64,000 bases of DNA from Candidatus Omnitrophota bacterium (GTDB lineage Bacteria; Omnitrophota; Gorgyraeia; Duberdicusellales; 4484-171), in assembly GCA_037146775.1 (NCBI GenBank), contig JBAWWL010000006.1:15120-79119 (forward strand), given 5' to 3'. The first letter of the stretch is position 1. Each line of letters opens with the position of its first letter. The position numbers were made by a program, and so were the translations under genes. The notes beneath the pieces are model-generated. The model was given only the letters and a program-made list of their open reading frames with translations. It was not told the DNA's origin and ran no database searches. This document shows positions 9,220 to 19,177 of this stretch, in pieces.

Positions 9220-10733
9220 TGAAGTTCTGATTTCAGAAATTCTAACGCTAAATCAGCCGCATCAAGGCCGGAAAGAAAACAGGCGTGCACGCCGGCACCG
9301 GGACGCGTCCAGGCTCCTGTCAAAAAAAGCCCTTCCACTTTTGTTTCTTGACTTAAACGATTAATGCCCGACTGTTTAACGGTTTGCGCAAAACCATAAA
9401 TTGTTCCTTGCGGCGATAAGGTAAAACGCTCCATGGTACGCGGAGTAGCTATTTCTTTTATTTCGATAGAGCCGGAAAGACCGGGAAGGTAACGTTCGGC
9501 ACGCCTAATGAGAATATCCGCCAAAACAAGTTTTTTCTTTGCATATTCCTCACCGCCCAAGCTCCTCCATCTTTCATAAGTATCGAAGACAATAATTGAA
9601 AGCGTGCCTTTACCCTCGGGGGCAAGGCTTGCATCGAGCTGCGAATGATCCACCATTTCGAAAGGACAATGTTCAAAGTCCTGTTGTGCATAGTAGCTGA
9701 AGTTCTTGTCGTGATCGTAGGTTTCGTTAACGGAAAACATGAAATGATCCATTCCTAATTTTTTCGCGGAAACCTTCAGCCCCAGATACACCTGGAACGC
9801 GGATGTCGATTTTTCCAGCGAAGACAATTTCTTGCGATATCCATTTTTTACCGTATCATCGTCAAGAAGCTCGGTAAGCGTACTTGTGGCGTTCGCGTTG
9901 GAAATAATTGTTTTCGCCGTAAACGTTTCCCCCTTGTCAGTGAGCACCGCACTCACTCTTTTACCTTGTTGAGTAATTATTCTGGTAACGGTCGTATTGT
10001 AGCGTACTTCCGAGCCCTGCTCTCTGATTTTTGCAACCATCGCCTCGAACAATTTACCAACACCCCCTTTTATATAAGCTGTTTTCTCAAAATAATAGCC
10101 GCGAAAACCTAACAAGAAATAAAGTGCAGATAATCTGCTGGGCGCAAGGCCAAAGAAATACCAAAGATTGGCAATAATGCTTCTGAGCTTTTCATCCTGA
10201 ATATGCCTCGCCAGGAACTGGCCCGTAGTTAACCGGGCAACCCGTATAACCTTCAAAGAACGAATCAAAGCAGCCACACATTGCATCCACGAAGTAAATT
10301 GAGATGCGGTAAACCTGTCAAATTGGGCGAAGAATACATCCAGCTCATGGAAAAGTCTGTCGAGATTCTTTATTTCCCGGGGAAAACTGTTTTTGAGGAA
10401 TTCTACAAGGTGTTCGCGGTTAAAATCAACGACAAAGTCGTGCCCAGGATAAATAATACGCAAGAAATCTTTCAATACGATAAAATCTACTGTTTTATCA
10501 ACCCCTGTCTATTCTAAAAAATTTCTTATTTCGCTGCCCGGACAAAGACCATCAACGCAGTGCACCGAAGCCTCAAAAGTAAAACCTTTGCGTTTGAAAG
10601 TAGTAGCAAAACCGCCGGCGAGCGGCTGATGTTCCAAAACCAGAACCCGCTTCCCTTGATCCGAAAGTTCAAGCGCTGCGCTCAAACCGCCAACCCCTGC
10701 GCCGATTACGATAGCATCATATTGCTGCATCAT
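9216..10733 (-). pseudogene. Phytoene-desaturase (CrtI)-family FAD/NAD(P) oxidoreductase interrupted by a single in-frame TAG at 10509-10511
   Basis: N-terminal Rossmann motif YDAIVIGAGVGGLSAA is in the 74-aa ORF (10509-10733). The rest of the protein (9216-10475) is in the same frame. Read-through gives ...EIRNFLE*TGVDKTVDFIVLKDFLRIIYPG... Confidence 0.6.
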
Positions 10734-10735
10734 CG

Positions 10736-11575
10736 CTACGATGAGAGGCGGTTCAGGAAGCTGATCATCGCTTCGACAACCTTATCTCTCTCTTTATCAA
10801 TAGTGATCATGTGGTAACTGTCTTGAAGCAAAACCAGAGATTTATCGGCTGAACCGATATGATCCAGAATGTAGCGGGAATTTTTCGAACTGGTCATGTC
10901 ATCCTCATGCGCATGAAGAAGAAGAATAGGAGTTCTCACCGAAGAAAGTTCTTTTTTTACGACGCGAGCAAAAAGAGTGTGCTGGTAGAGACAGGCAATA
11001 GGAAAAAATGGGCTGCCAAAAAGGACCGAATCATTAGCAGAATGCCCAGCTTGAGGCTTGGTGTATGCACGATGAATATGTTCACGCAGCACCTCATCCT
11101 TTAAACCATAAGGCCAATCCTCCTTAATATTGATCGCGTTACGCAAAAAAGGTATATGCCAAACCAAAGGAAGCAGTGCCTGCCCTTTATGGATCGCCCA
11201 ACCGTCATAAGATATGGTAGGAGCGAGACCGATAAGTCCGCAGATCTGACCCGGCAAAAGATACGAAAGGTGAATTCCCACAAGCGCGCCCATAGAAAGG
11301 CCGGCCACAAATACTTGCGCATGGTCCTTCTGCAGCGCTTTAAAGTCTTCCAGGCATAGCGCAACAATTTCCTGCCAAGTAACTTTTTTGAGCTCACTCA
11401 ATGTGTGACAATGTCGAGGTAATGTATCGCAAAGCACACTATAGCCGGCCTTATTAAGACGCTTGCCGACATAGCGCATCTCAGAAGGAGTGCCGGTAAT
11501 GCCATGAACAAGCAGCACTGCCGTCTTGCTGCCTTTGAGAAAAAAGCTATATTTTTTCGAACCGTTATTCTCCAT
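10736..11575 (-). CDS. Alpha/beta-hydrolase (esterase/lipase fold)
   Basis: GxSxG nucleophile elbow (GLSMG); the HG oxyanion region reads VLLVHGITG. The maximal ORF extends to 11722; the start was chosen at MENNGSKK. Confidence 0.65.
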   Translation of the reverse strand: MENNGSKKYSFFLKGSKTAVLLVHGITGTPSEMRYVGKRLNKAGYSVLCDTLPRHCHTLSELKKVTWQEIVALCLEDFKALQKDHAQVFVAGLSMGALVGIHLSYLLPGQICGLIGLAPTISYDGWAIHKGQALLPLVWHIPFLRNAINIKEDWPYGLKDEVLREHIHRAYTKPQAGHSANDSVLFGSPFFPIACLYQHTLFARVVKKELSSVRTPILLLHAHEDDMTSSKNSRYILDHIGSADKSLVLLQDSYHMITIDKERDKVVEAMISFLNRLSS

Positions 11576-11654
11576 GAATTTTTTATTATACCATAAAAAT
11601 TTTCGGTATAAAGTTTTATTGTAATTACCGAAACCCTCTGTTATAGTATTTTCC

Positions 11655-12827
11655 ATGCTCAAAGATGATGCCATGCTCAACTTTACCGTCACAGACACCC
11701 TCGATAATATACCCCAAAACACCTGGGATCGTCTGTTTGGCTATGACCTTATCGAAAGCTACGGCTATCATAAAACGTTACATGAGGCGAAATTAAACGA
11801 GTTCGCTACCTACTATCTGATAGGAAAAAGGAATGACGCAACAGTAGCGATTATTCCTTTTTTCACGATGGAATTTTCTTTCACTACGCTGATACGCGGC
11901 CCACTGCAACGCATCGTTTTTGGCATACGCAAATTCTACAAAAACTTCCTTACCATGAAAATTGTTTTTATCGGCTCGCCTACTACCGAGTCCTTTCATA
12001 TAGGAGTAGCGGAAACGGAAAATAAAAATTGCATCATCGACCACGCATACAAAAAAATCGAAACATTTTCTCGTACGCACCACATTAACACAATTTTATT
12101 TTATAATCTTACCAACGCGGACCAGTCGCTCATGAAACATCTTTTAAACAACGGTTTCGCAGGGATGGAAGACTTTCCGGGAGCGCGGCTTGAAATACAA
12201 GCAAAATCGTTGGATGAGTATATCGCACATCTTGGTTCTAGCACGCGAAAAGATATACGCCGAAAACTACGTAAATCAACTCAAGCCGCAGTGCTTGAAA
12301 CCGAAATACGAGAAACGGTCGATGGAATAATCGACGATCTCTACAAGCTCTATCTCAATAATTTTAACGAATCAGATATTCATTTCGAAATACTGACTCC
12401 CGAGTTCTTTACCAAGTTATGCCACAACATGCCCGGCATAGTTAAATGTTTTGTTACTCGCCATAACGGAAAAATCGTCGCCTTCAATATGTGTTTCGTG
12501 AAAGGAAACTTCTGTATTGATAAATTTATCGGCCTCGACTACACGGTCGCCCTCCAATACAACCTCTACTACACCACCATTTGCTATAACATTGACTGGT
12601 GTATTAAAAACGGTATACGCTATTATCAGCCGGGCCAGGGCGACTATGACGCAAAAATCAGGCTCGGCGCTAAGCTTATCCCGCTTTATATTTTTATCAA
12701 AAGCTTCAATCCCCTATTGAACTTTTTCATGAAGCCGATCATTCAGCTGACACAGCCGAAAAACTTTGACCCTGCCCTGAAAAACCTCGCTAAATACCGA
12801 AAAGAAGTATTCCTTCGGGAAGGATAG
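11655..12827 (+). CDS. FemAB-like / BioF2-like GNAT-fold acyltransferase (PF04339-like)
   Basis: 390 aa; the N-terminal TWDRLFG...ESYGYHKTLHEA...IPFF pattern matches the FemAB_like family; a basic RKDIRRKLRK segment is present. Confidence 0.55.
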   Translation: MLKDDAMLNFTVTDTLDNIPQNTWDRLFGYDLIESYGYHKTLHEAKLNEFATYYLIGKRNDATVAIIPFFTMEFSFTTLIRGPLQRIVFGIRKFYKNFLTMKIVFIGSPTTESFHIGVAETENKNCIIDHAYKKIETFSRTHHINTILFYNLTNADQSLMKHLLNNGFAGMEDFPGARLEIQAKSLDEYIAHLGSSTRKDIRRKLRKSTQAAVLETEIRETVDGIIDDLYKLYLNNFNESDIHFEILTPEFFTKLCHNMPGIVKCFVTRHNGKIVAFNMCFVKGNFCIDKFIGLDYTVALQYNLYYTTICYNIDWCIKNGIRYYQPGQGDYDAKIRLGAKLIPLYIFIKSFNPLLNFFMKPIIQLTQPKNFDPALKNLAKYRKEVFLREG

Positions 12828-12828
12828 G

Positions 12829-13788
12829 TTAACTCGCTAAAACAGATTGAAGGATTTTTAGGTTGGTAATTTCGTTAAGTGCATTAATACGCTCAAGATC
12901 TTGCGCTAAAAAAGTATTTTTTGGATGATCAAAGAAAGAAATAACGCGTTTAACCAAACTTCTCAGGTAAATCGATGAATATTCTCCGGTAATATCCATT
13001 CCCGCTACATTTTTTTTGCTTTTTAAAATACCGATGGCCGCCAGCAACCAGTCAAGCGGTATAGATCCTTCTTCCCAATTAGTTACCGCGTGAGCTCTCG
13101 TGAGGCAATCTTTGTCGATACTGATATAAATATCATCCGTAGGAATACGGGCCGCCAATTCTTCGAGGAAAGATTCGATACTTTTTTCCGCGAGGTTTTG
13201 CCACTGTATTGTGGAACAAAAATATCCTTTTTTTGTATTGAGACAGCTGACACCATCCAGGGGCCGCAAAAAAACTTTTGCTGGCGGCCGGCTATAGGGG
13301 AAAATCTCGACTTTTCGATTTCTCAAGCCGCAAAAAGACGCGGTCAAAAGACCACGGGTCGACAGATCTTCGCATGACGGTCCAAGCAAAATAACTTTTT
13401 TTACGTTTTCACGGGCAGCTACGGTATTTACCCATGAACCACAGCTTAACTGCGGCGGAAGACCGTCCCAGTCCGGATGATGGTCGAAAACGACAAGGCT
13501 GATCGGCTGAGCAAACTGCGCAAGCAACGCAATAGAAATATGATGAAAATCTCCGGAGCCATACAGAGTAGTGATATTTCTTTCCTGGGGAGATAATTTA
13601 TGTTGCAGACGTTCCAGGCCTTTCCTGTCGGCCCAATAACGCAGGTAAGGAGCTTCAGAGGTACAGTCAACAATCTTTGTGAGAAATGGCGGTACCGAAA
13701 AATCTCTAAGCAGGTTTCGCTGCTTAAGGATGCTGTCGTCAAAATTGAGAATACGGATCTTATTGCGACAAAGTGCTAATGGTGCCAT
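12829..13788 (-). CDS. Arginase/agmatinase/formiminoglutamase-fold metallohydrolase
   Basis: Metal-binding motifs of the ureohydrolase fold: SGDFHHIS, FDHHPDWDG, SIDKDCL. Confidence 0.6.
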   Translation of the reverse strand: MAPLALCRNKIRILNFDDSILKQRNLLRDFSVPPFLTKIVDCTSEAPYLRYWADRKGLERLQHKLSPQERNITTLYGSGDFHHISIALLAQFAQPISLVVFDHHPDWDGLPPQLSCGSWVNTVAARENVKKVILLGPSCEDLSTRGLLTASFCGLRNRKVEIFPYSRPPAKVFLRPLDGVSCLNTKKGYFCSTIQWQNLAEKSIESFLEELAARIPTDDIYISIDKDCLTRAHAVTNWEEGSIPLDWLLAAIGILKSKKNVAGMDITGEYSSIYLRSLVKRVISFFDHPKNTFLAQDLERINALNEITNLKILQSVLAS

Positions 13789-15191
13789 TAAGGCTGTTTT
13801 TTAAGCGCAAGCGTAAGCGCCTCCTCAAAAAGCTCAACTGCCAAGTCCATTTCGCGTTCTGTTATATAAAGAGAGGGCGCGAGAGTAAAAGTATTCTTAT
13901 AGTATCCTCCGACATCCAAAATTAATCCGCGGCGGCTGCCTCCGGCGGATAATTTACCGCTTAAACCAATCTCGCAAATCTTGTCAGTAAGTGCCTTGCT
14001 GGGAGTAAAACCGTCTTTCTCGCACATCTCAATCCGGATTGCCAGCCCTAATCCATTTACGTCACCAATCTGAGGATATTTTTTTTGCAAAGCTTTCAGG
14101 CGCCTAAGAAGATACTTTCCCTTTTCGTTCACTGATGTCTCAAAGTCAGACTCCTCTATGATATTCAAGGTTTCTAGGCCAACGGCAGTACCTAAGGTGT
14201 TCGAGGAGAATGTCGAGTGAGTCGATCCGGGAGGAAATACGTCAGGCGAAATCAATTCTTCCTTAGCCCAGACGCCGCTTAGAGGATTCAGTCCGTTAGT
14301 AAGAGCTTTGCCAAAAACAATAATATCGGGAACGACATCAAAGTTCTCAATAGCCCAGAATTTTCCTGTCCGGTAAAAACCCATCTGTATCTCATCGTCT
14401 ACCAGAAATATATGGTAACGATCGAAAATTTTTTTCATTTCCTTAAAATACTCTTGGGGCGGAATAATATACCCGCCGGTACCCTGCACCGCTTCCACGT
14501 AAAATGCCACAAATTCGCTTTCGTCAACCTTGGAATCATATACCGAATAATATTCGGTTTCAAAAAGTTTTTCGAATTGCTTTACGCAATACAAATCGCA
14601 TTCATCGCGCTCTTTACCATAGAAACACCGGAAACAGTAAGGATACGGAACGAAGAAAGCCCGGTTGGCAAAATGCCCAAAACGGCGGCGGTAGCGATAG
14701 CTGGAAGTAATGGAACTGGCTTCAAGGGTCCTGCCGTGATAACTGCCAAAGAAAGAAAACACCAAGTTCTTGCCTGTAACATTACGGATCAATTTTTGTG
14801 AATCTTCCAACGCCGAGGCTCCGCCGACATTAAAATGGACTCTGCCTTTTGTTTTAAACTTTTTTTCATTGAGCCGGCATAGCTTGGTAGCCAATTCCAC
14901 TTTTTCACGGTGCAAATACTGACAAGCAAGCTGCGGCAATTTATCGATCTGACTCTTTAAAACGTTGTTCAGCCGTTTGTTACCGTAACCGAAATTAGCC
15001 GCGGAATACCACATCTGCAAATCCAGATATTCAACACCTTCTTCGTCGTAAAGATAGATATCTTTTGCCCGTTCGAAGATTTTTGGTTGTTTGGAATAAT
15101 GAACGGTATCGCCCCAGGAACAATACTTCTCTTCCAGCTTCAATAACTCCTGCTGTGATCTCGTCGCAGCTATTTGTTCTTTTACATTCAT
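13788..15191 (-). CDS. Class III PLP-dependent aminotransferase
   Basis: 467 aa; DDEIQMGFYRTGKFWA motif; catalytic Lys region FGKALTNG; glycine-rich GGASALE. Confidence 0.8.
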   Translation of the reverse strand: MNVKEQIAATRSQQELLKLEEKYCSWGDTVHYSKQPKIFERAKDIYLYDEEGVEYLDLQMWYSAANFGYGNKRLNNVLKSQIDKLPQLACQYLHREKVELATKLCRLNEKKFKTKGRVHFNVGGASALEDSQKLIRNVTGKNLVFSFFGSYHGRTLEASSITSSYRYRRRFGHFANRAFFVPYPYCFRCFYGKERDECDLYCVKQFEKLFETEYYSVYDSKVDESEFVAFYVEAVQGTGGYIIPPQEYFKEMKKIFDRYHIFLVDDEIQMGFYRTGKFWAIENFDVVPDIIVFGKALTNGLNPLSGVWAKEELISPDVFPPGSTHSTFSSNTLGTAVGLETLNIIEESDFETSVNEKGKYLLRRLKALQKKYPQIGDVNGLGLAIRIEMCEKDGFTPSKALTDKICEIGLSGKLSAGGSRRGLILDVGGYYKNTFTLAPSLYITEREMDLAVELFEEALTLALKKQP

Positions 15192-15232
15192 CTTCTTGCC
15201 TCCTTATCTAACATAAGGCCCTACCGCCTGCA

Positions 15233-15976
15233 TTAGCTATCCATACTTTTGAGATAGTTGTAAACCGTACCCAAATGCTCGAACGGAACATGCACTCTGT
15301 CGATACGCTTAAAATGATCGAGTAGATTACCCTTAGCGAATACAAGATCGGCGTGCGTAGCGGGACAAATATCCGAGAATCCATCGCCAATATATATCGT
15401 GAACTTTTCGCTTCGGCCATGATTAAAAATATGCGCGCGCTTACAGTTCGCGCACTTAAAACACTGCTTATTGGCGTGAGGAAACATAACACGAAACTTA
15501 TCGCGATCAAAGGTCAGCCGGTTTGAATAAACATCGATACCGTCGATGCCGTTTTTGTCGAGGATATAATTAATAATAAAAGAAAAACTGTCGCTTACAA
15601 TGGCGATTGGGACTTGCCTGCGCTTCAAAAGCTTGAGAAGTTTAGGAAAATAGGCGTCGACTTCTATCTTGGAAAGATAGGTAAGTAAATTTGGCTTGGT
15701 TATTCTTACTAAATTCATCTGTCCTTTAAGGCATTCCCGGGAACCAATTTTACCCTCCCGCCACTTCTCTTCAATTACCACCCATTCTTCGTTCATAGAA
15801 AAACGCTTGATGATATCGTCCAGCACGTCGAACGAAGTAATGGTATTGTCAAAATCGAAGAAAACCTTAGATCGAGAAAGGCAAATATGCTTACCTGCAG
15901 CCGCAGTTTCGCAAAAAACACTTTTTGGTTTCTCTCTGTGGCTTTTCCTTTTTGGCATTAATACGCTGCTTTTCAT
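15233..15976 (-). CDS. HAD-superfamily phosphatase (HAD-IB, PSP/MtnX-like)
   Basis: Motif I FFDFDNTIT; motif IV YIGDGFSD. The true start may lie downstream of the annotated Met. Confidence 0.7.
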   Translation of the reverse strand: MKSSVLMPKRKSHREKPKSVFCETAAAGKHICLSRSKVFFDFDNTITSFDVLDDIIKRFSMNEEWVVIEEKWREGKIGSRECLKGQMNLVRITKPNLLTYLSKIEVDAYFPKLLKLLKRRQVPIAIVSDSFSFIINYILDKNGIDGIDVYSNRLTFDRDKFRVMFPHANKQCFKCANCKRAHIFNHGRSEKFTIYIGDGFSDICPATHADLVFAKGNLLDHFKRIDRVHVPFEHLGTVYNYLKSMDS

Positions 15977-16185
15977 TTTCTAAAAAATCCGTTCGCGTAA
16001 CGATATACAAGAAGCAAAATAATTATATACCTTAACCGCGATTATACATACTGGTCATATAGATAGCCGTTTTTTTAAAATCTAAATTTATATTTTAGCA
16101 CTAAAAACCACTTTTTGTAATATTTTTTTAGAAGGCCTGCGCAGGATAAAAAACCGTGCAGATAGACGGCAAACGGATGCGCACA

Positions 16186-16581
16186 TTAGTCGGCAGAAAC
16201 AATCTTCCATGAAGTAAGCCTGTTGGCCCGGTCAAAATAAAGATATATTCTTTCTGAGTTAAAATAATGTGTTGGATGGCGATAAAGCAATACTTGCCGC
16301 AGTGTACCTTCAAAATTCTCTTCTTTCGATAAAATCGGCTCGTAATACATTTCAATGATATACCTTTTTAAAATACCTGGCTGTAATTTATTAGATTTCA
16401 CGTCCTGCTGTAATTGATTAAACCCTCGTTCCTGTTTTTTTAAATAACATTCCATATCGTTTTGGCTATCCGCCGCGTTTTGCAAAGTGAGTAATTCGTC
16501 CATATGACTCATCGTAGCGCAGCCGCTGGCAAAGAATATACCGACTATGCTCATTGTTTTCGTATAAAAATTATACGCCAT
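16186..16581 (-). CDS. Hypothetical lipoprotein
   Basis: Signal peptide with lipobox FFASGC; no recognisable domain. Confidence 0.4.
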   Translation of the reverse strand: MAYNFYTKTMSIVGIFFASGCATMSHMDELLTLQNAADSQNDMECYLKKQERGFNQLQQDVKSNKLQPGILKRYIIEMYYEPILSKEENFEGTLRQVLLYRHPTHYFNSERIYLYFDRANRLTSWKIVSAD

Positions 16582-16602
16582 AACAGTCTTTATAATTATC
16601 GG

Positions 16603-17163
16603 TTATTTTTTCTGCCAACTATAGCTGTTACCACTATACACTTCAAACCAAGAACCGCCGGGTGCACGTTTGTAGTCATCATCAAAAAACATCTTTCTCA
16701 CCTCTTGAATACCCACACCGTTTTTCGTGGCAGTTGCCTGATAAATAGTATCCCGGTCTTGATTTTCTGCCCTCAACGCCTCCTGAACCTTTGATTGCTC
16801 GTCGGCAGGCATATTTTTAGAAACTATTTCTAAATCAGCATTTTTATTTTCACCGATATATTCCTTTTTAAAATATTCGGTTATCGTGTCTTTGCGCACT
16901 CTGCGGCGTTCAATCGCGGACGAAAGCCCCGAAGAAGATTCCTGGGCATACACGGCTTCAATAAACAGAATCGCATTCATCTGTTTTTCTTTGGCGGTAC
17001 CGTAAATCTGATCCTGGATAGACTCGACATCCTTTGCCACATGCTGATAGACGTCAACCCGCATATTAATATCTACCTGTAGCGGCTTTGCGGTTTGCAG
17101 ATTAACCTTGGCACAGCCTATCATCACGATAGACACGATAAACAAGGAAATAATTATCTTCAT
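16603..17163 (-). CDS. Lipoprotein, possible YnbE-like/YdbL-like (DUF1318) fusion
   Basis: Lipobox VMIGC; the N-terminal ...INMRVDVYQHVAKDVE resembles the YnbE lipoprotein motif; located downstream of a YdbH-like gene. Confidence 0.4.
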   Translation of the reverse strand: MKIIISLFIVSIVMIGCAKVNLQTAKPLQVDINMRVDVYQHVAKDVESIQDQIYGTAKEKQMNAILFIEAVYAQESSSGLSSAIERRRVRKDTITEYFKKEYIGENKNADLEIVSKNMPADEQSKVQEALRAENQDRDTIYQATATKNGVGIQEVRKMFFDDDYKRAPGGSWFEVYSGNSYSWQKK

Positions 17164-18308
17164 TGCAAACCTCCTGCGCTATTATGAAAATTAATTGTAA
17201 CGCTTCTTTTACCCATACTTTCCGAAAAGAAATTCATCTCGAGGCTAACTGCGTCTTTGCCCTGACCTATATGCACAACTCCTTTATTATACTCATAATT
17301 TTTAAGATTATCAACTAAGGCATCATATGAAGTTTGATCAAGATAACCGCGTAAAAATTCAAGTGATGCCTCTTTTTTAATATGTATCAATCCGCCGGCC
17401 TGATTAGAAAAATTTCCTTCAAGCTTTTTTAGATTATCGCCCTCGAAACAAAGCGCGAGTGTTCCGTCAAAGCCTCCGGTAATACTAACGTTTTCTTCGC
17501 CGGCGACAAGCGCGACAACATTCTCTAACGACGCCTGCCTGAAACCGACTTGCAAACAGAAATTATTAGCGTTGCGCAGATCAATCTCACCGCTTGCATA
17601 GGCAGAACGGCCAAAAATAATATTCTTTGTTATCGGGAACAATACGCGGTATTTTTCCATCTTGAGAGGAAATACAAGATCATTAAACTCCTTCTGCTTC
17701 AAACGCAGCATAGGTATACGAAATACATAAAGGCCACCTTTTATTTTACGTAAAGTAATATGGTTCGCCTCAACATCGGAAGAATGAATATTGCAATCGG
17801 TGATTTCAAAATGCTCCAAGGTTATACGTTCACGGCCAATATGTGTTCTTAATGAAAATTGTATATCGGCGGCACCAAGACGTTTATCGTTCATACTTAA
17901 TCTTACGTTGCGCAAATCAATGGTTATTGGAACAAGCTGTACACTTATGTTCTGTTTTCCTGTCTTTTTGGCAACATCAACGGAACGTAAGGCCGGAAAA
18001 TTTTTTATTGTGCACGCTGCATCCTGCAAATATAACTTTGATACGCTAAGCCGGGAAATACCGTACAGACGAAACGAAACATAGCCGCTATTAAACGTCA
18101 CTTCAACGATATCGTTGGTGAATGTAAAATCCGTTATCGTAATACCGCTAAAAGAAAGATGTATTTTTTTTATGTTACAGGTAGCCTGAAAGTTTTTAGC
18201 AAGATAACGCGCAAGGTACATACGTAGCAGGTGGTCTTTTAAGAAGAAAAATGCCAGCGTCAGGACAATAACGCAGCACACAAATCCCTTGAGCACTTTT
18301 TTCGCCAT
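17160..18308 (-). CDS. YdbH/AsmA-like membrane-anchored protein (putative intermembrane lipid transport)
   Basis: N-terminal TM anchor and a beta-rich repetitive body; overlaps the downstream lipoprotein gene by 4 nt. Family assignment is tentative. Confidence 0.35.
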   Translation of the reverse strand: MAKKVLKGFVCCVIVLTLAFFFLKDHLLRMYLARYLAKNFQATCNIKKIHLSFSGITITDFTFTNDIVEVTFNSGYVSFRLYGISRLSVSKLYLQDAACTIKNFPALRSVDVAKKTGKQNISVQLVPITIDLRNVRLSMNDKRLGAADIQFSLRTHIGRERITLEHFEITDCNIHSSDVEANHITLRKIKGGLYVFRIPMLRLKQKEFNDLVFPLKMEKYRVLFPITKNIIFGRSAYASGEIDLRNANNFCLQVGFRQASLENVVALVAGEENVSITGGFDGTLALCFEGDNLKKLEGNFSNQAGGLIHIKKEASLEFLRGYLDQTSYDALVDNLKNYEYNKGVVHIGQGKDAVSLEMNFFSESMGKRSVTINFHNSAGGLQ

Positions 18309-18320
18309 AATAGCTCGTCT

Positions 18321-19133
18321 TTACTTCTTTGGTAACTGGAGACTTTCAATAAAAATACGCAGCGAAGCAGTATAAAGCGTCTGTGAATCCAAAAATGCGC
18401 TATTGTGGCCGCCCTTAAGTTCGACAAAATGCTTCGGCCCAGGCGCAGCATCATACAATTTTTTTGCTAACACGTACGGAACTATCTCATCATCCCTGCT
18501 ATGAAGCAATAAAACCGGCGCATACATTTTTTTAATCTTTCGTAAGGAATCAAAGCGTAACGACAGAAACCAGGAAGGTAAATATGGATACAGAGTCCGG
18601 GCCATATCTTTTGCGTTACTGAACGCCCCTTCCAAGATCAGCGCCTTCACCGGATGTCGCACGGCAAGGTCTACCGCCGCTACCGCGCCTAAAGACTCGC
18701 CGTACAAAATAATTTGTTCTGGGGATAACGCCCGGCTCCGAATAAGATAGGTATAGGCAGCCTGCGCATCCTTATACAATCCAGCCTCGGAAGGCTTCCC
18801 TGCGCTTCGGCCATAACCCCGATAATCAATGATATAAACATTCAGCCCCGCTTCATGAAGTAATTTTAACTTATCCAGGCGATAACTAATATTACCAGCA
18901 TTGCCAGTAAAAAATAAGACCGTATATGCGGCATCCGGTGCCGGAATAAACCAGCCATACAGCATGAGGCCGTCTTCAGTCCTGCAAGGTGCCTCCTCGA
19001 AGATCATTCCTAGCGCATCCGGCGCACACTCCATGACTTTAGAAGGAAAAAATATACCTCTATTCTCAAGATATTTGGTATAACTAAGAAGCACCATCAC
19101 GCCTACAATGACGACTAAAATAACTTTGAACAT
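18321..19133 (-). CDS. Alpha/beta-hydrolase
   Basis: N-terminal TM segment; GESLG nucleophile elbow; HSRDDEIVP region carrying the catalytic Asp/His. Confidence 0.7.
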   Translation of the reverse strand: MFKVILVVIVGVMVLLSYTKYLENRGIFFPSKVMECAPDALGMIFEEAPCRTEDGLMLYGWFIPAPDAAYTVLFFTGNAGNISYRLDKLKLLHEAGLNVYIIDYRGYGRSAGKPSEAGLYKDAQAAYTYLIRSRALSPEQIILYGESLGAVAAVDLAVRHPVKALILEGAFSNAKDMARTLYPYLPSWFLSLRFDSLRKIKKMYAPVLLLHSRDDEIVPYVLAKKLYDAAPGPKHFVELKGGHNSAFLDSQTLYTASLRIFIESLQLPKK

Positions 19134-19177
19134 ACTTTATCTTTGTCTGCCGGTCTTAACGCGCGTAGCGCTTTAAA

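Noticed and set aside
10509-10511. Genome-wide reassignment of TAG as a sense codon
   Set aside because: TAG terminates other confident genes (for example fabG at 680-682), and the long ORFs are otherwise intact. The in-frame TAG is therefore site-specific, not a genetic-code change.
16133-16150. Perfect 10-bp palindrome CCTGCGCAGG downstream of the lipoprotein gene as a terminator
   Set aside because: It is not followed by a U-tract on the minus strand. It may be a protein-binding site, but this is unsupported.
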